Positions 44,756 through 54,108 of a stretch of DNA of 64,000 bases are shown in pieces. The notes beneath the pieces are model-generated. The model had not been told where the DNA came from. It ran no database searches and saw nothing but the letters and a program-made list of their open reading frames with translations. This DNA comes from Clostridia bacterium. GTDB taxonomy: Bacteria > Bacillota > Clostridia > Christensenellales > Aristaeellaceae. The stretch spans positions 2,231 to 66,230 of the forward strand of contig JAZRPZ010000112.1 in assembly GCA_045649485.1 (NCBI GenBank). The letters are read 5' to 3'. Each line of letters opens with the position of its first letter. The stretch's first letter is position 1. Position numbers and translations under genes: made by a program.

Positions 44756-45730
44756 ATGACCGGTCGCGAAAGAATGATACGCGCCATGAAGCGCCTGCCC
44801 ATCGAGGGACATGTTCCCCATTTCGAGCTGGTATTTTATCTCACCATGGAAGCTATTGGAAAAGTGCATCCCGAGCACCGCTACTATGCCCAGTGGAATC
44901 AGATGAGCGCCATCGAGCGTCGTCTGCAGCTCGAAGACATGGCTGACTGCTTTATCCGCATAGCCGAGATGTATCATCACGATGCAATATTCCTGCACGA
45001 AAATCCCGGTACCCCCGAGGTCGTACGCGCGCTGCTTGAAATAATCCGCGAGCGCACCGGCGACAAATTCTTCATTATGATGCACGGCGATCCCACCTTC
45101 TCCATCCCCGGCGGCAGCAACATGATGGATTTCACCGTGCGCATGTACGAAGATGCCGAAGGCATGCATGACGAGGCAAAACGCAATCTGGAGCGCAGCC
45201 TTGCAAACGCCGAGAGGCTCAAGGGCACGGGACTTCTGGACTGCTATGCCCTTTGTTCCGACTATGCATTCAACGTAAACCCCTTCTTCACTCCGGACCA
45301 GTTTGCCGAATTCGTATTCCCCTATCTGCGCGATGTAATCACCGAATATCACAAGATGGGCTACTATGTCATCAAACACACGGACGGCAACATAAACCCC
45401 ATTCTCGATCAGATAGTAGACGCAGGTCCCGATGCGCTGCACTCCATTGACCCCCAGGGCCACATGAGCCTTGCCGATGTGCGCGCCAGGTACGGCGACC
45501 GCATCTGCACCATCGGCAACGTAAACTGCGGCCTTCTGCAGACCGGCACCCGGGAGCAGGCAGATGCCGACGTGCGCCGCTGTCTGCACGAAGGCATGGA
45601 CGACGGAAAATATGGCTTTGTATTCTCCACATCCAACTGCGCCTACACCGGCATGCCTCTTGAGCGTTACGAGCGCATGCATGAGATATGGCGCGCCGAA
45701 GGCGATTATTCCCTGCGCCGCAAACCCTGA
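44756..45730 (+). CDS. Uroporphyrinogen decarboxylase (URO-D)-family protein (MtaA/CmuA-like fold)
   Basis: N-terminus MTGRERMIRAMKRLPIEGHVP and the overall length are typical of URO-D-family proteins found in gut Clostridia. Assigned from memory of the family pattern. Confidence 0.6.
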   Translation: MTGRERMIRAMKRLPIEGHVPHFELVFYLTMEAIGKVHPEHRYYAQWNQMSAIERRLQLEDMADCFIRIAEMYHHDAIFLHENPGTPEVVRALLEIIRERTGDKFFIMMHGDPTFSIPGGSNMMDFTVRMYEDAEGMHDEAKRNLERSLANAERLKGTGLLDCYALCSDYAFNVNPFFTPDQFAEFVFPYLRDVITEYHKMGYYVIKHTDGNINPILDQIVDAGPDALHSIDPQGHMSLADVRARYGDRICTIGNVNCGLLQTGTREQADADVRRCLHEGMDDGKYGFVFSTSNCAYTGMPLERYERMHEIWRAEGDYSLRRKP

Positions 45731-45740
45731 AACACATACA

Positions 45741-45779
45741 ACAGGCTTTCCCAACAAAATCGGGGAAGCCTGTTTTTTA
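45741..45779 (+). terminator. Intrinsic terminator
   Basis: Hairpin ACAGGCTTTCCC-N9-GGGGAAGCCTGT followed by TTTTTT. Confidence 0.8.
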
Positions 45780-45900
45780 TTGCATCATTCCGCTTTTATG
45801 TATCACACAGCATGTTGTTCGTCACAGGTCGCATATCGCAACATTTTGTCCGCAACACACGGACACTCAAAATTTATTCACACAATATATAGGTTTTTTA

Positions 45901-45929
45901 TTGCATTCTTCCAAATAGAGTGCTATAAT
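45901..45929 (+). promoter_or_regulatory. Sigma-A-type promoter of tdh-kbl (extended -10)
   Basis: TTGCAT, 17-nt spacer ending in TGc, then TATAAT. Confidence 0.7.
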
Positions 45930-45990
45930 TTGTATGTCAACTACGGACACACAAACAAACCAGGCACTAAAATGCAGGGAGGAATATACT

Positions 45991-47037
45991 ATGCAGACCA
46001 TGATGGACGCACTCGTCAAGACTGAATGCGGCAAAGGCCTCGTACTGAAGCAGATGCCCGTCCCCACCCCCGGTATGGGCGAAGTACTTATCAAGGTACA
46101 CAAGACCGCTATCTGCGGCACCGACGTACACATCTACAACTGGGATTCCTGGAGTGAGGCAAACATCAAGCCCCCGATGATCGTAGGTCACGAGTATGTT
46201 GGCGAGATCGCCGCTCTGGGCGAAGGTGTTACCGGCTATCATGTAGGCCAGCTGGTTTCCGGCGAAGGTCACATCGTCTGCGGCACCTGCCGTAACTGCC
46301 GCGCAGGCAATGGCCAGTGGTGCAAGAACACCGAAGGCGTTGGCGTAAACCGCGACGGCGCATTCGCAGAATATCTCGTTATCCCCGCTTACAACGTAAT
46401 CCCGATCCCCGCAGGCCTCGATGAGGACGTTGTATCCTTCTTCGACGCTTTCGGCAACGCCACCCACACTGCTCTGATGTTCGACGTCATCGGTGAAGAC
46501 GTTCTCATTTCCGGCGCAGGCCCCATCGGCATCATGGCCGCAGCCATCTGCCGCAAGAACGGCGCCCGCTCCGTTGTTGTTACCGACGTAAACGACTATC
46601 GTCTTGATCTGGCTCTGAAGATGGGCGCTACCCGCGTTGTAAACGTAGCACGCGAAAAGCTTTCCGACATCTTCTCCGAGGCAAACATGGTTGAAGGCTT
46701 CGACGTAGGTCTTGAGATGAGCGGCAACGCAGCAGCTCTGAACACCATGATCACCCACATGCGCAACGGCGGCAAGATCGCTCTGCTGGGCATTCAGGGT
46801 CCCGATACCAAGATCAACTGGAACGATGTTATCTTCAAGTCCCTGTGCATGCAGGGTATCTACGGCCGCAAGATGTTCGAGACCTGGTACAAGATGATCA
46901 CCATGGTCGAGGGCGGTCTGGATCTGACCCCCATCATCACCCATCGCTATCACTACACCGAGTTCGAAAAGGGCTTCGAGGCAATGAACAGCGGCAAGTC
47001 CGGCAAGGTCGTTCTGGACTGGACCACCAAGAAGTAA
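45991..47037 (+). CDS. tdh: L-threonine 3-dehydrogenase
   Basis: Colinear with E. coli Tdh: [56 protein letters not shown]. Start is preceded by GGGAGG. Confidence 0.95.
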   Translation: MQTMMDALVKTECGKGLVLKQMPVPTPGMGEVLIKVHKTAICGTDVHIYNWDSWSEANIKPPMIVGHEYVGEIAALGEGVTGYHVGQLVSGEGHIVCGTCRNCRAGNGQWCKNTEGVGVNRDGAFAEYLVIPAYNVIPIPAGLDEDVVSFFDAFGNATHTALMFDVIGEDVLISGAGPIGIMAAAICRKNGARSVVVTDVNDYRLDLALKMGATRVVNVAREKLSDIFSEANMVEGFDVGLEMSGNAAALNTMITHMRNGGKIALLGIQGPDTKINWNDVIFKSLCMQGIYGRKMFETWYKMITMVEGGLDLTPIITHRYHYTEFEKGFEAMNSGKSGKVVLDWTTKK

Positions 47038-47051
47038 GGAGAGCTTAAAAA

Positions 47052-48239
47052 ATGAAGGCAGCAATCAATCGCTATCTGGCCGAGCTGGATGCTATCCGCG
47101 AAGCCGGTACCTATAAGGATGAGCGCATCATCACCACTCCCCAGAAGGCACGCATCGACACTACCAAGACCAACGGCGTTCTGAACATGTGCGCCAACAA
47201 CTATCTTGGTCTGTCCAACCATCCCCGTCTGATCGAAGCTGCCAAGGCCAGCTACGACAAGTGGGGCTACGGTCTGTCCTCCGTCCGCTTCATCTGCGGT
47301 ACTCAGGAGCTGCACAAGACTCTGGAGAAGAAGATAGCTGATTTCGTCGGCACCGACGACTGCATCCTGTACTCCTCCTGCTTCGACGCAAACGGCGGTC
47401 TGTTCGAGACCCTGCTGACCAAGGAAGACGCAGTCATCTCCGATGAGCTGAACCACGCTTCCATCATCGACGGCGTTCGCCTGTGCAAGGCCATGCGCTA
47501 TCGCTACAAGAACAACGACATGGCTGACCTGGCCGCCAAGCTGGAAGAAGCAAAGGCAGCCGGCGCACGCACCATCCTGATCGCTACCGACGGCGTATTC
47601 TCCATGGACGGCTTCATCGCTGACCTGAAGAGCATCTGCGACCTGGCAGACAAGTACGACGCACTGGTAATGGTCGACGACAGCCATTCCGTCGGCTTCA
47701 TGGGCGCACACGGCAAGGGCACCGCAGAATACTGCGATGTAATGGGCCGCGTTGACATCATCACCGGCACCCTGGGCAAGGCTCTGGGCGGCGCCAGCGG
47801 CGGCTACACCGCAGCCCGTCAGCCCATCGTTGACCTGCTCCGTCAGCGTTCCCGTCCCTACCTGTTCTCCAACACTCTGGCTCCCGCCATCGCCGCAGCT
47901 TCCTGCGAGGTATTCGACATGCTGAACGAATCCACCGCACTGCGCGACAAGGTACACGAGAACACCGCTTACTTCCGCGCTGAGCTTTCCAAGCTGGGCT
48001 TCGATGTTCCCGAGTCCACCCATCCCATCGTTCCCGTAATGCTGTACGACGCACGCACCGCTCAGGAGTTCGCCGCACGCATGCTGGAAAAGGGCGTCTA
48101 CGTTGTTGGCTTCTGCTATCCCGTAGTTCCCATGGGCAAGGCCCGCATCCGCACCCAGGTTTCCGCCGGTCACTCCAAGGAAGACCTCGATTTCGCGATC
48201 AAGTGCTTCAAGGAAGTCAAGGAAGAAATGGGCATCTAA
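47052..48239 (+). CDS. kbl: Glycine C-acetyltransferase (2-amino-3-ketobutyrate CoA ligase)
   Basis: Colinear with Kbl: [17 protein letters not shown], and the PLP-Lys region GTLGKALGG. Confidence 0.95.
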   Translation: MKAAINRYLAELDAIREAGTYKDERIITTPQKARIDTTKTNGVLNMCANNYLGLSNHPRLIEAAKASYDKWGYGLSSVRFICGTQELHKTLEKKIADFVGTDDCILYSSCFDANGGLFETLLTKEDAVISDELNHASIIDGVRLCKAMRYRYKNNDMADLAAKLEEAKAAGARTILIATDGVFSMDGFIADLKSICDLADKYDALVMVDDSHSVGFMGAHGKGTAEYCDVMGRVDIITGTLGKALGGASGGYTAARQPIVDLLRQRSRPYLFSNTLAPAIAAASCEVFDMLNESTALRDKVHENTAYFRAELSKLGFDVPESTHPIVPVMLYDARTAQEFAARMLEKGVYVVGFCYPVVPMGKARIRTQVSAGHSKEDLDFAIKCFKEVKEEMGI

Positions 48240-48395
48240 GCAGGCAGGCGAGCGCCTGCAGGCAGCTGCTATCGCGCTTAGACTACCGTCCCCTGCACCC
48301 GTACAGAATGGGTGCAGGGGACTTTCTTTTCGTTTCTGTTGTAATTCTGTTGTTATCCGGCCGGTTTCTGCGCCGGATAGCGGCTTGAAACCTAT
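48240..48395 (+). repeat. Intergenic structured repeat, family A, copy 2
   Basis: Starts on the first nt after the kbl TAA stop and fills the convergent intergenic gap. Alignable with 16338-16490. Confidence 0.7.
48288..48336 (+). terminator. Intrinsic terminator of tdh-kbl (hairpin 1 of repeat A2)
   Basis: Hairpin GTCCCCTGCACCC-gtacagaat-GGGTGCAGGGGAC followed by TTTCTTTTCGTTTC. Confidence 0.8.
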
Positions 48396-48400
48396 CACCA

Positions 48401-49150
48401 CTATTCCTTTACCGCTCTGGTCGCCCAGAAGGTATGTATGTTATGTTCGTGCAGGTTGCCTCTGCCGTTGGTATCTCCGAACACATTGGTCAGACGGAAT
48501 CCTGCAGCCAGTTGACCGCCTATCTGTTCGTCTATGGTATGAGAAAACTGCATGCCGCTGTCACCCTGTTCGAGGAACTTTCTGTGTTCTTCGTTATTCA
48601 GCGGGTCGAAGGGCAGTCTGAACCTGAATGTCTTTTCATCCAGGTCAAACACAAAATTCATGCCGTTATCGAGACCGGCCAGCAGTATACCGCCCTTTCT
48701 GAGCACACGGTAACACTCATTCCATACATGCTGTACATCATGGATATAGCAGTTGGACACGGGATGGAATATGATATCGAAAGTTTCATCCTCAAAAGGC
48801 AGCTTCTTCGTCATGTCTGCGCGGACGATATTTATATCATAGCCTTCCCTTTCGGATACCATTTTCTCGGACTCCAGCTGCAGCTTTGAATAATCCAGCA
48901 CCGTGCAATCCGCGCCGACTGCCGCAAAAACCGGCATCTGCTGTCCGCCGCCGCTGGCAAGGCCAAGCAGTTTCTTTCCTTTCAATTCTCCGAACCACTC
49001 ATGGGGCACGGGTATGGTGGGCGTAAGCAGCACATCCCATTTGCCGTTCAGCGCGTCAATATATGTCTCGTGAGAAATAGGTTTACCCCACTCCCAGCCT
49101 TCCGCGACCCATCTGTCGATGGTCTCGGCATTTATATCCTGATAATTCAT
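48401..49150 (-). CDS. Class I SAM-dependent methyltransferase
   Basis: Motif I LLGLASGGGQQ, followed by VLDYS and DIIFHP blocks. Confidence 0.8.
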   Translation of the reverse strand: MNYQDINAETIDRWVAEGWEWGKPISHETYIDALNGKWDVLLTPTIPVPHEWFGELKGKKLLGLASGGGQQMPVFAAVGADCTVLDYSKLQLESEKMVSEREGYDINIVRADMTKKLPFEDETFDIIFHPVSNCYIHDVQHVWNECYRVLRKGGILLAGLDNGMNFVFDLDEKTFRFRLPFDPLNNEEHRKFLEQGDSGMQFSHTIDEQIGGQLAAGFRLTNVFGDTNGRGNLHEHNIHTFWATRAVKE

Positions 49151-49167
49151 ACACTTCTCCTTATGAC

Positions 49168-49191
49168 AAAGGCGGCTTTACAGCCGCCTTT
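49168..49191. terminator. GC hairpin between the GNAT and methyltransferase genes
   Basis: Hairpin AAAGGCGGC-tttaca-GCCGCCTTT. The T-run is better on the plus strand than on the coding (minus) strand. Confidence 0.4.
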
Positions 49192-49195
49192 TGTT

Positions 49196-49933
49196 TTATT
49201 CTATTTCCCTGTAATAGCACAAGAGATCCACAGGTGCATTTGGTACAGGGTCCCAGAATGCCTTGTGTTTTCTGCCTTCGAACACGAAGCCCAGCTTTTC
49301 CAGCATCTTCTGTGAAGCTACGTTCAGTTCGACGCAGTTTGCCAGCACAAGATCAAGGTTCATTTCCTTCTGCAGCAGATCAAGCATGGCGCTTACCGCC
49401 TCAAAGGCATAACCTCTGCGCTGAGAAGACGGATTTATGCAGTAGCCTATCTCCATCGCCTCGACCTGACGGTCATCCTTATTCATGAGGTTTATGAGCC
49501 CCACGGCTTTTCCGGATTCCTTTTCCACTATGGCATAGCGCGTTTCATCGTCCACTATGCCCGCGAAATTCTCCAGATACTCACCCTCCATCTCTTCGAA
49601 GGGTTCGCTGCCGGTATCGAGACGGGTGGACTCCGCATCGGCAAAGCTTTCAAAAAGCGGCGCCGCGTCGTCCATGGTCAGCCTGCGTACAGTCAGTCTT
49701 TCAGTCTCCAGCACTATGCGCGGCAGCAGCAGCCTTCGCACATTGTAGGAAAGATACCTTTCATACTGACCCTCGGGGATCATGTCCAGCTTGAGCCTTA
49801 TCATGTAATGATCGCCGAAGGGCGTGACCTTTCCGGGCTCGCCCTCCGCTTCGATGCATACGGTAATTCCGAATCTCCGGCACAGTTCGATATATCTTTC
49901 GTTTATGCCGGCAAATCTATCCATTGCGGACAT
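49196..49933 (-). CDS. GNAT N-acetyltransferase (RimJ/RimL-like) with an extra N-terminal region of about 75 aa
   Basis: Motif A QRRGYAFEA. C-terminal GNAT core LERLTVRRLT.... Confidence 0.7.
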   Translation of the reverse strand: MSAMDRFAGINERYIELCRRFGITVCIEAEGEPGKVTPFGDHYMIRLKLDMIPEGQYERYLSYNVRRLLLPRIVLETERLTVRRLTMDDAAPLFESFADAESTRLDTGSEPFEEMEGEYLENFAGIVDDETRYAIVEKESGKAVGLINLMNKDDRQVEAMEIGYCINPSSQRRGYAFEAVSAMLDLLQKEMNLDLVLANCVELNVASQKMLEKLGFVFEGRKHKAFWDPVPNAPVDLLCYYREIE

Positions 49934-49940
49934 TTTGTTA

Positions 49941-50996
49941 TCAGATCTCCTCGATGATGGTACCGCCGTTGGCTTCTACCAGACCGTTGATGTAGGCGCT
50001 GCCCAGTGCGCGGTCGAACAGACCATAGCCGGGCTTGCCGGTCTCGCCCCAGATCATACGTCCGTGGTCGGGACGGAAGTATGCCTTGAAGCCGGTCTCG
50101 ACCAGTGCCTTGATGATGGCGTTCATGTCGAGGCTGCCATGGCTGGTCAGATGACCGGACTCCTCAAAGGAAGTATCGGGCATGATCTTTACGTTGCGCA
50201 GGTGCATGAAGCCGATGCGGCCCATGGCGGAATACTTGCGTACCATGGCGGGGATATCATTGGTGGTAGCGCAGCCCAGAGAACCGGTGCACAGGCACAG
50301 GGAGTTTGCGGGGCTGTCGTACAGCTTCAGGAAGCGGTCCAGATTCTCTTCGTTGGTGATGATGCGGGGCAGGCCAAAGATGGGATAGGGCGGGTCATCG
50401 GGATGGATGGCCATAACAACGCCGCACTCCTCGGCTACGGGAATGACCTTCTTCAGGAAGTACTCAATGTTCTCCCACAGGCCGTCTGCGCCGATCTCGC
50501 CGTAGGCATTGATCAGATCGCGAACCTGATCCTGAGTGTAGGAAGCATCCCAACCGGGCAGGTTGATGTCATCCTTCAGAGGATCCAGACCCTTCATCTG
50601 ATCCCAGTACATTACGAGGCTGGTGGATCCGTCGGGAGCTTCCTTGTCCAGCTGAGTACGGGTCCAGTCGAATACGGGCATGAAATTGTAAGTAACGCAC
50701 TTTACGCCGTACTTTGCACAGCGGCGGATGGATTCGCAGTAGTTCTCAATGTGGCGCTCGCGCTCGGGGCGGCCCAGCTTGATCTCCTCGGTTACGGGGA
50801 TGGACTCTACGACATCGAATACCAGGCCGTTTTCGCGGCAGCGGTCTGCGATGTGCTTGATGCTCTCCTCGGGCCATACTTCGCCGGGCTTTACATCATA
50901 AACTGCGCTGACGATGGAGCGCATGCCGGGAATCTGACGGATATACTCCAGAGTTACGGGATCGCTGTCGCCGTACCAGCGGAAGGAACTGATCAT
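49941..50996 (-). CDS. uxuA: Mannonate dehydratase
   Basis: N-terminus FRWYGDSDPVTLEYIRQIPG and overall colinearity with UxuA. RBS GAGGAGAG. Confidence 0.9.
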   Translation of the reverse strand: MISSFRWYGDSDPVTLEYIRQIPGMRSIVSAVYDVKPGEVWPEESIKHIADRCRENGLVFDVVESIPVTEEIKLGRPERERHIENYCESIRRCAKYGVKCVTYNFMPVFDWTRTQLDKEAPDGSTSLVMYWDQMKGLDPLKDDINLPGWDASYTQDQVRDLINAYGEIGADGLWENIEYFLKKVIPVAEECGVVMAIHPDDPPYPIFGLPRIITNEENLDRFLKLYDSPANSLCLCTGSLGCATTNDIPAMVRKYSAMGRIGFMHLRNVKIMPDTSFEESGHLTSHGSLDMNAIIKALVETGFKAYFRPDHGRMIWGETGKPGYGLFDRALGSAYINGLVEANGGTIIEEI

Positions 50997-51044
50997 ATTC
51001 TATCTCTCCTCATATAAGCCGCATATATGCGGCATGTTAATACA

Positions 51045-51082
51045 ATAATACAGCCTCGGTGAATATTTTGCAATATGCAAAA
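51045..51082 (-). promoter_or_regulatory. uxuA promoter with an overlapping 17-bp palindrome
   Basis: On the minus strand: TTGCAA, 17-nt spacer, TATTAT. The -35 hexamer is the right half of the perfect palindrome TTTTGCA-TAT-TGCAAAA (51066-51082). Confidence 0.5.
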
Positions 51083-51266
51083 TCAAAAATTACCTGTTAC
51101 CGAACCACTATAAATCACGGAACGTGTTTGCGAAAGCTTTTATTTGGGTTTTTATGTTCATCGACACAGTGTTCAATACATATCTCTGTTCCGCCGTCAT
51201 GGGCTGCCATCTTCGCGGCAAACACACATGGCCTATGCTTTATGCAAACCGTTCTGTGCATATGTC

Positions 51267-52157
51267 TCAGAATTCAAATATATACATCGCGCCCGAAGCA
51301 TCCATGTAATAAAGGGTATCGCCTTCGAAATCCACAAGCTCAGGCTCGATATTGAGTCCTGCGGCAAACAGATCGATATCGGCTATCTGCTTTCCCGCAG
51401 CCATATCTATCACCTGCATGCGGGGCTTGTTGGCATCTTCTGCTGTCTTCACATTGAAACCCTCAACAGAGAATACAAGCCCGTCATATGCGCAGGCACC
51501 CTGCAGGTAATTGGAATACGGAGCGTCGAACATCTTATTTATCTCATCCGCACGCAGGCTTACCACGTTCACTCCGTATCTTTCGGAATATTCGCCCGCA
51601 TCAAGAGAAGGCATATCAAATTCAAAATAACGGGTGACCTTCTCCGCATCGCGCATCACGAAAGCATACAGCTTGTTTTTTATCGGGTCGGCAGTCAGGT
51701 TTCCGTAGGAGCGCACGTCGCCGTTATCGGGCAGGGATTTCCACAGCTTCAAATCCTCGGTAAAGCCTATACGGATGACCTGCACAAGCTGCGAAGTAAA
51801 CTTGAGACCTTCGCGCATGAGTCTGTATACGCACACGGTGCCTTCAAGGCGGTCTGTTTCACCGGCGCAGTTGTTGTAAATATTGGTGTAGAGAAGCGGA
51901 TATTCGTCTTCATCGGCATACCCGGTCTTGCCAAAGGTGACAGCATTGCTGTGGGGCTTCAGCAGTTCGACCTTATCAAGCACGAATGCGGACACCTTCT
52001 GCTGCGTCTTCATGGAATACACACTGCATGAGCCGTCAGTCTCAAATCTGAACAGCATATCTCCGTATATAGCGCCATCCTGACCGACACATCCGTCAAA
52101 AATATGCTTATAGCTGATTTTGCCTGATACTTTCACCGGTTTGTCTGAATACTTCAT
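51267..52157 (-). CDS. Hypothetical protein (296 aa, beta-rich, no signal peptide)
   Basis: Strong RBS AAGGAGG 8 nt before the ATG. Codon usage is like that of neighbouring genes. No recognisable motif. Confidence 0.6.
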   Translation of the reverse strand: MKYSDKPVKVSGKISYKHIFDGCVGQDGAIYGDMLFRFETDGSCSVYSMKTQQKVSAFVLDKVELLKPHSNAVTFGKTGYADEDEYPLLYTNIYNNCAGETDRLEGTVCVYRLMREGLKFTSQLVQVIRIGFTEDLKLWKSLPDNGDVRSYGNLTADPIKNKLYAFVMRDAEKVTRYFEFDMPSLDAGEYSERYGVNVVSLRADEINKMFDAPYSNYLQGACAYDGLVFSVEGFNVKTAEDANKPRMQVIDMAAGKQIADIDLFAAGLNIEPELVDFEGDTLYYMDASGAMYIFEF

Positions 52158-52211
52158 ATCATTCGCCTCCTTACATTTTCAATAATTATAGCATACCGTC
52201 ATCCGGTTTGC

Positions 52212-52253
52212 CATAAAAACAGACCTTCCGAAAATAATTCTCTTCTGAAGGTC
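52212..52253 (-). terminator. Probable intrinsic terminator
   Basis: On the minus strand, GACCTTC-N18-GAAGGTC followed by TGTTTTTAT. Confidence 0.5.
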
Positions 52254-52259
52254 ATATCA

Positions 52260-53033
52260 TTATTTGCGGACGCCGCGTATTTTGCCGATGAGGTAATATA
52301 CACCGTAGAAGCCCGCTATGTAGATTATGAAAAGCGCCACAACGCTCAGCGGATAAAGCACCTTGCTGCCGTCCACAAGGCGGTAGATTATATCATAAGG
52401 AGTACCGTCGCCGCCCATAAGGAACATGTAGTTATAATCCAGCAGCACATTTGCCGCATACGCAGCAATGCAGAACGAAAGCAGAATCGCAAAGGTAATG
52501 CCGATGTTCTTACGCTTCATGCTCGTCATGCCGGATATCATTATGTACAGGGAAGAAAATCCGCTTATGGCATGGGTAACACCGGAGACCACATTGTCAA
52601 AAGAAAGCACGGGATAGCAGCTGTAATTCTGTCCGGCGAAATAGGTGCCCATCACAGCGCCCAGTATACCGAAAATGCTTACGAAATCCAGCGCGGATTC
52701 CTTTATCCTGCCCTTGGAGAATGCGGCAAGCGGCACGGTTATCAGCTGTATGCTGCAAAGGAAGAGCGGCAGGTCGTTAAGAAAGTGCAGCGGGTCTTCG
52801 GTAACAAAGCTCAGCATGACTATCTTGAAAATCTCAAAAGAATCCAGCAGTATTGCCGCATATACCAGTACTCGGTTCTTTACAGCTTCTTCCCTGCCTC
52901 TGTTCTTTACTCCGAAATATACAGCCAGGATTATCATTATAAGCATCAAAAGAGAGACAAAGGAAAGATGCTGCCAGGACATGTAACCCTCGGGTATGCG
53001 CTGATATCCGCCGAAACCAAAGAATTCCTTCAT
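52260..53033 (-). CDS. YwaF/TIGR02206-family integral membrane protein
   Basis: Multi-TM protein with the family-typical LPLFLCS motif. Confidence 0.6.
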   Translation of the reverse strand: MKEFFGFGGYQRIPEGYMSWQHLSFVSLLMLIMIILAVYFGVKNRGREEAVKNRVLVYAAILLDSFEIFKIVMLSFVTEDPLHFLNDLPLFLCSIQLITVPLAAFSKGRIKESALDFVSIFGILGAVMGTYFAGQNYSCYPVLSFDNVVSGVTHAISGFSSLYIMISGMTSMKRKNIGITFAILLSFCIAAYAANVLLDYNYMFLMGGDGTPYDIIYRLVDGSKVLYPLSVVALFIIYIAGFYGVYYLIGKIRGVRK

Positions 53034-53100
53034 ATATCTTCACCATTCGTAATGTACTGAAAAAAGCCTCACATATTATACACCGAACTCTTCTTCAGGT

Positions 53101-53152
53101 AAATAAAAAATCAGCGACTCCCGAAGTATTAACAGCGGGAGTCGCTTTTATT
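53101..53152. terminator. Bidirectional intrinsic terminator
   Basis: Hairpin AGCGACTCCCG-N12-CGGGAGTCGCT flanked by A-rich and T-rich runs. Confidence 0.8.
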
Positions 53153-53155
53153 TAC

Positions 53156-54073
53156 TTATGCATTGCGCTTTGCTTCTGCCTTCTTCAGCAGATTCCAGTA
53201 ATTCAGACCGGCGATATTTTCGATGGTATCTTCGCTGTAACCGTGAGCGCGCATCATTTCGATCACTGCAGGGAAATCGGCGGGAGTAGCCAGTCCTTCG
53301 GGCCAGGAATCGATGCCGTCAAAGTCGGAACCGAAGCCCAGAATCTTTTCGCCGCCCATTTCGCAGATGGCGTCGATATGACGGAATACATCGTTGAGGT
53401 CGGACTTGCCGCGGCGATTGAGGAATGCAGTATAGAAATTGATACCGATAAAGCCGCCCTTTTCGATAATGGCGCGCACCTGTTCCTTGCGCAGGTTGCG
53501 GTGCACGGGGCACAGCCAGCGGCAGTTGGAATGGCTTGCCACAGGGGGCAGTTCCATATTATCCACGATATCCCAGAATCCATCCTCATTCAGATGGGAA
53601 ACGTCTGCCAGAATGCCGCGCTTATCCATCTCCTTCAGAAGTTCCATGCCGAAGGGCTTGATATGACCCTTAGCGCCGTTGCGGGAAGGATGTGCGATCT
53701 CATTTTCGTGATTCCAGGTCAGCGCGATAAGGCGCAGACGTGCTGCCTTGTCGAATTCGTCCAGCTTTTCCATGGAACCAACCAGCATCTCGCCGCCTTC
53801 AATGGAGATGACGCCCTTGGGAGAAGTGGGGATCTCATCGGGCAGGTCGCCGGTGTATATCTCAACGCCCAGCTTATCTATGGCGTTTATCATGGCGATG
53901 CCGTCTTCGTAGGGAGTGCCCGCGGGACCCTTTCCGCCGGCAAACATGGCAAAGGTCTGAATGCCAACGCCGCCTGCAGCCAGTCTTTCGGGAGTAACGC
54001 AGCACTCGTTAACGGATTTTCCGCCAACACCCACAGCTCTCAGCGTATCGCAATGTGCATCGGTAATAAACAT
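53156..54073 (-). CDS. Membrane-dipeptidase family (peptidase M19) protein
   Basis: N-terminus FITDAHCDTL and an amidohydrolase-fold layout with SHLNEDGF and HSNCR blocks. Confidence 0.85.
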   Translation of the reverse strand: MFITDAHCDTLRAVGVGGKSVNECCVTPERLAAGGVGIQTFAMFAGGKGPAGTPYEDGIAMINAIDKLGVEIYTGDLPDEIPTSPKGVISIEGGEMLVGSMEKLDEFDKAARLRLIALTWNHENEIAHPSRNGAKGHIKPFGMELLKEMDKRGILADVSHLNEDGFWDIVDNMELPPVASHSNCRWLCPVHRNLRKEQVRAIIEKGGFIGINFYTAFLNRRGKSDLNDVFRHIDAICEMGGEKILGFGSDFDGIDSWPEGLATPADFPAVIEMMRAHGYSEDTIENIAGLNYWNLLKKAEAKRNA

Positions 54074-54108
54074 GATATTTCCCTCCGTATCGGTCAGATT
54101 ATTCAGTC

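Noticed and set aside
44636-51017. Antisense ORFs 44636-45757, 45967-47064, 46953-48401 and 49824-51017
   Set aside because: They lie opposite the URO-D-like gene, tdh, kbl and uxuA, all of which are recognisable on the other strand. They are shadow ORFs.
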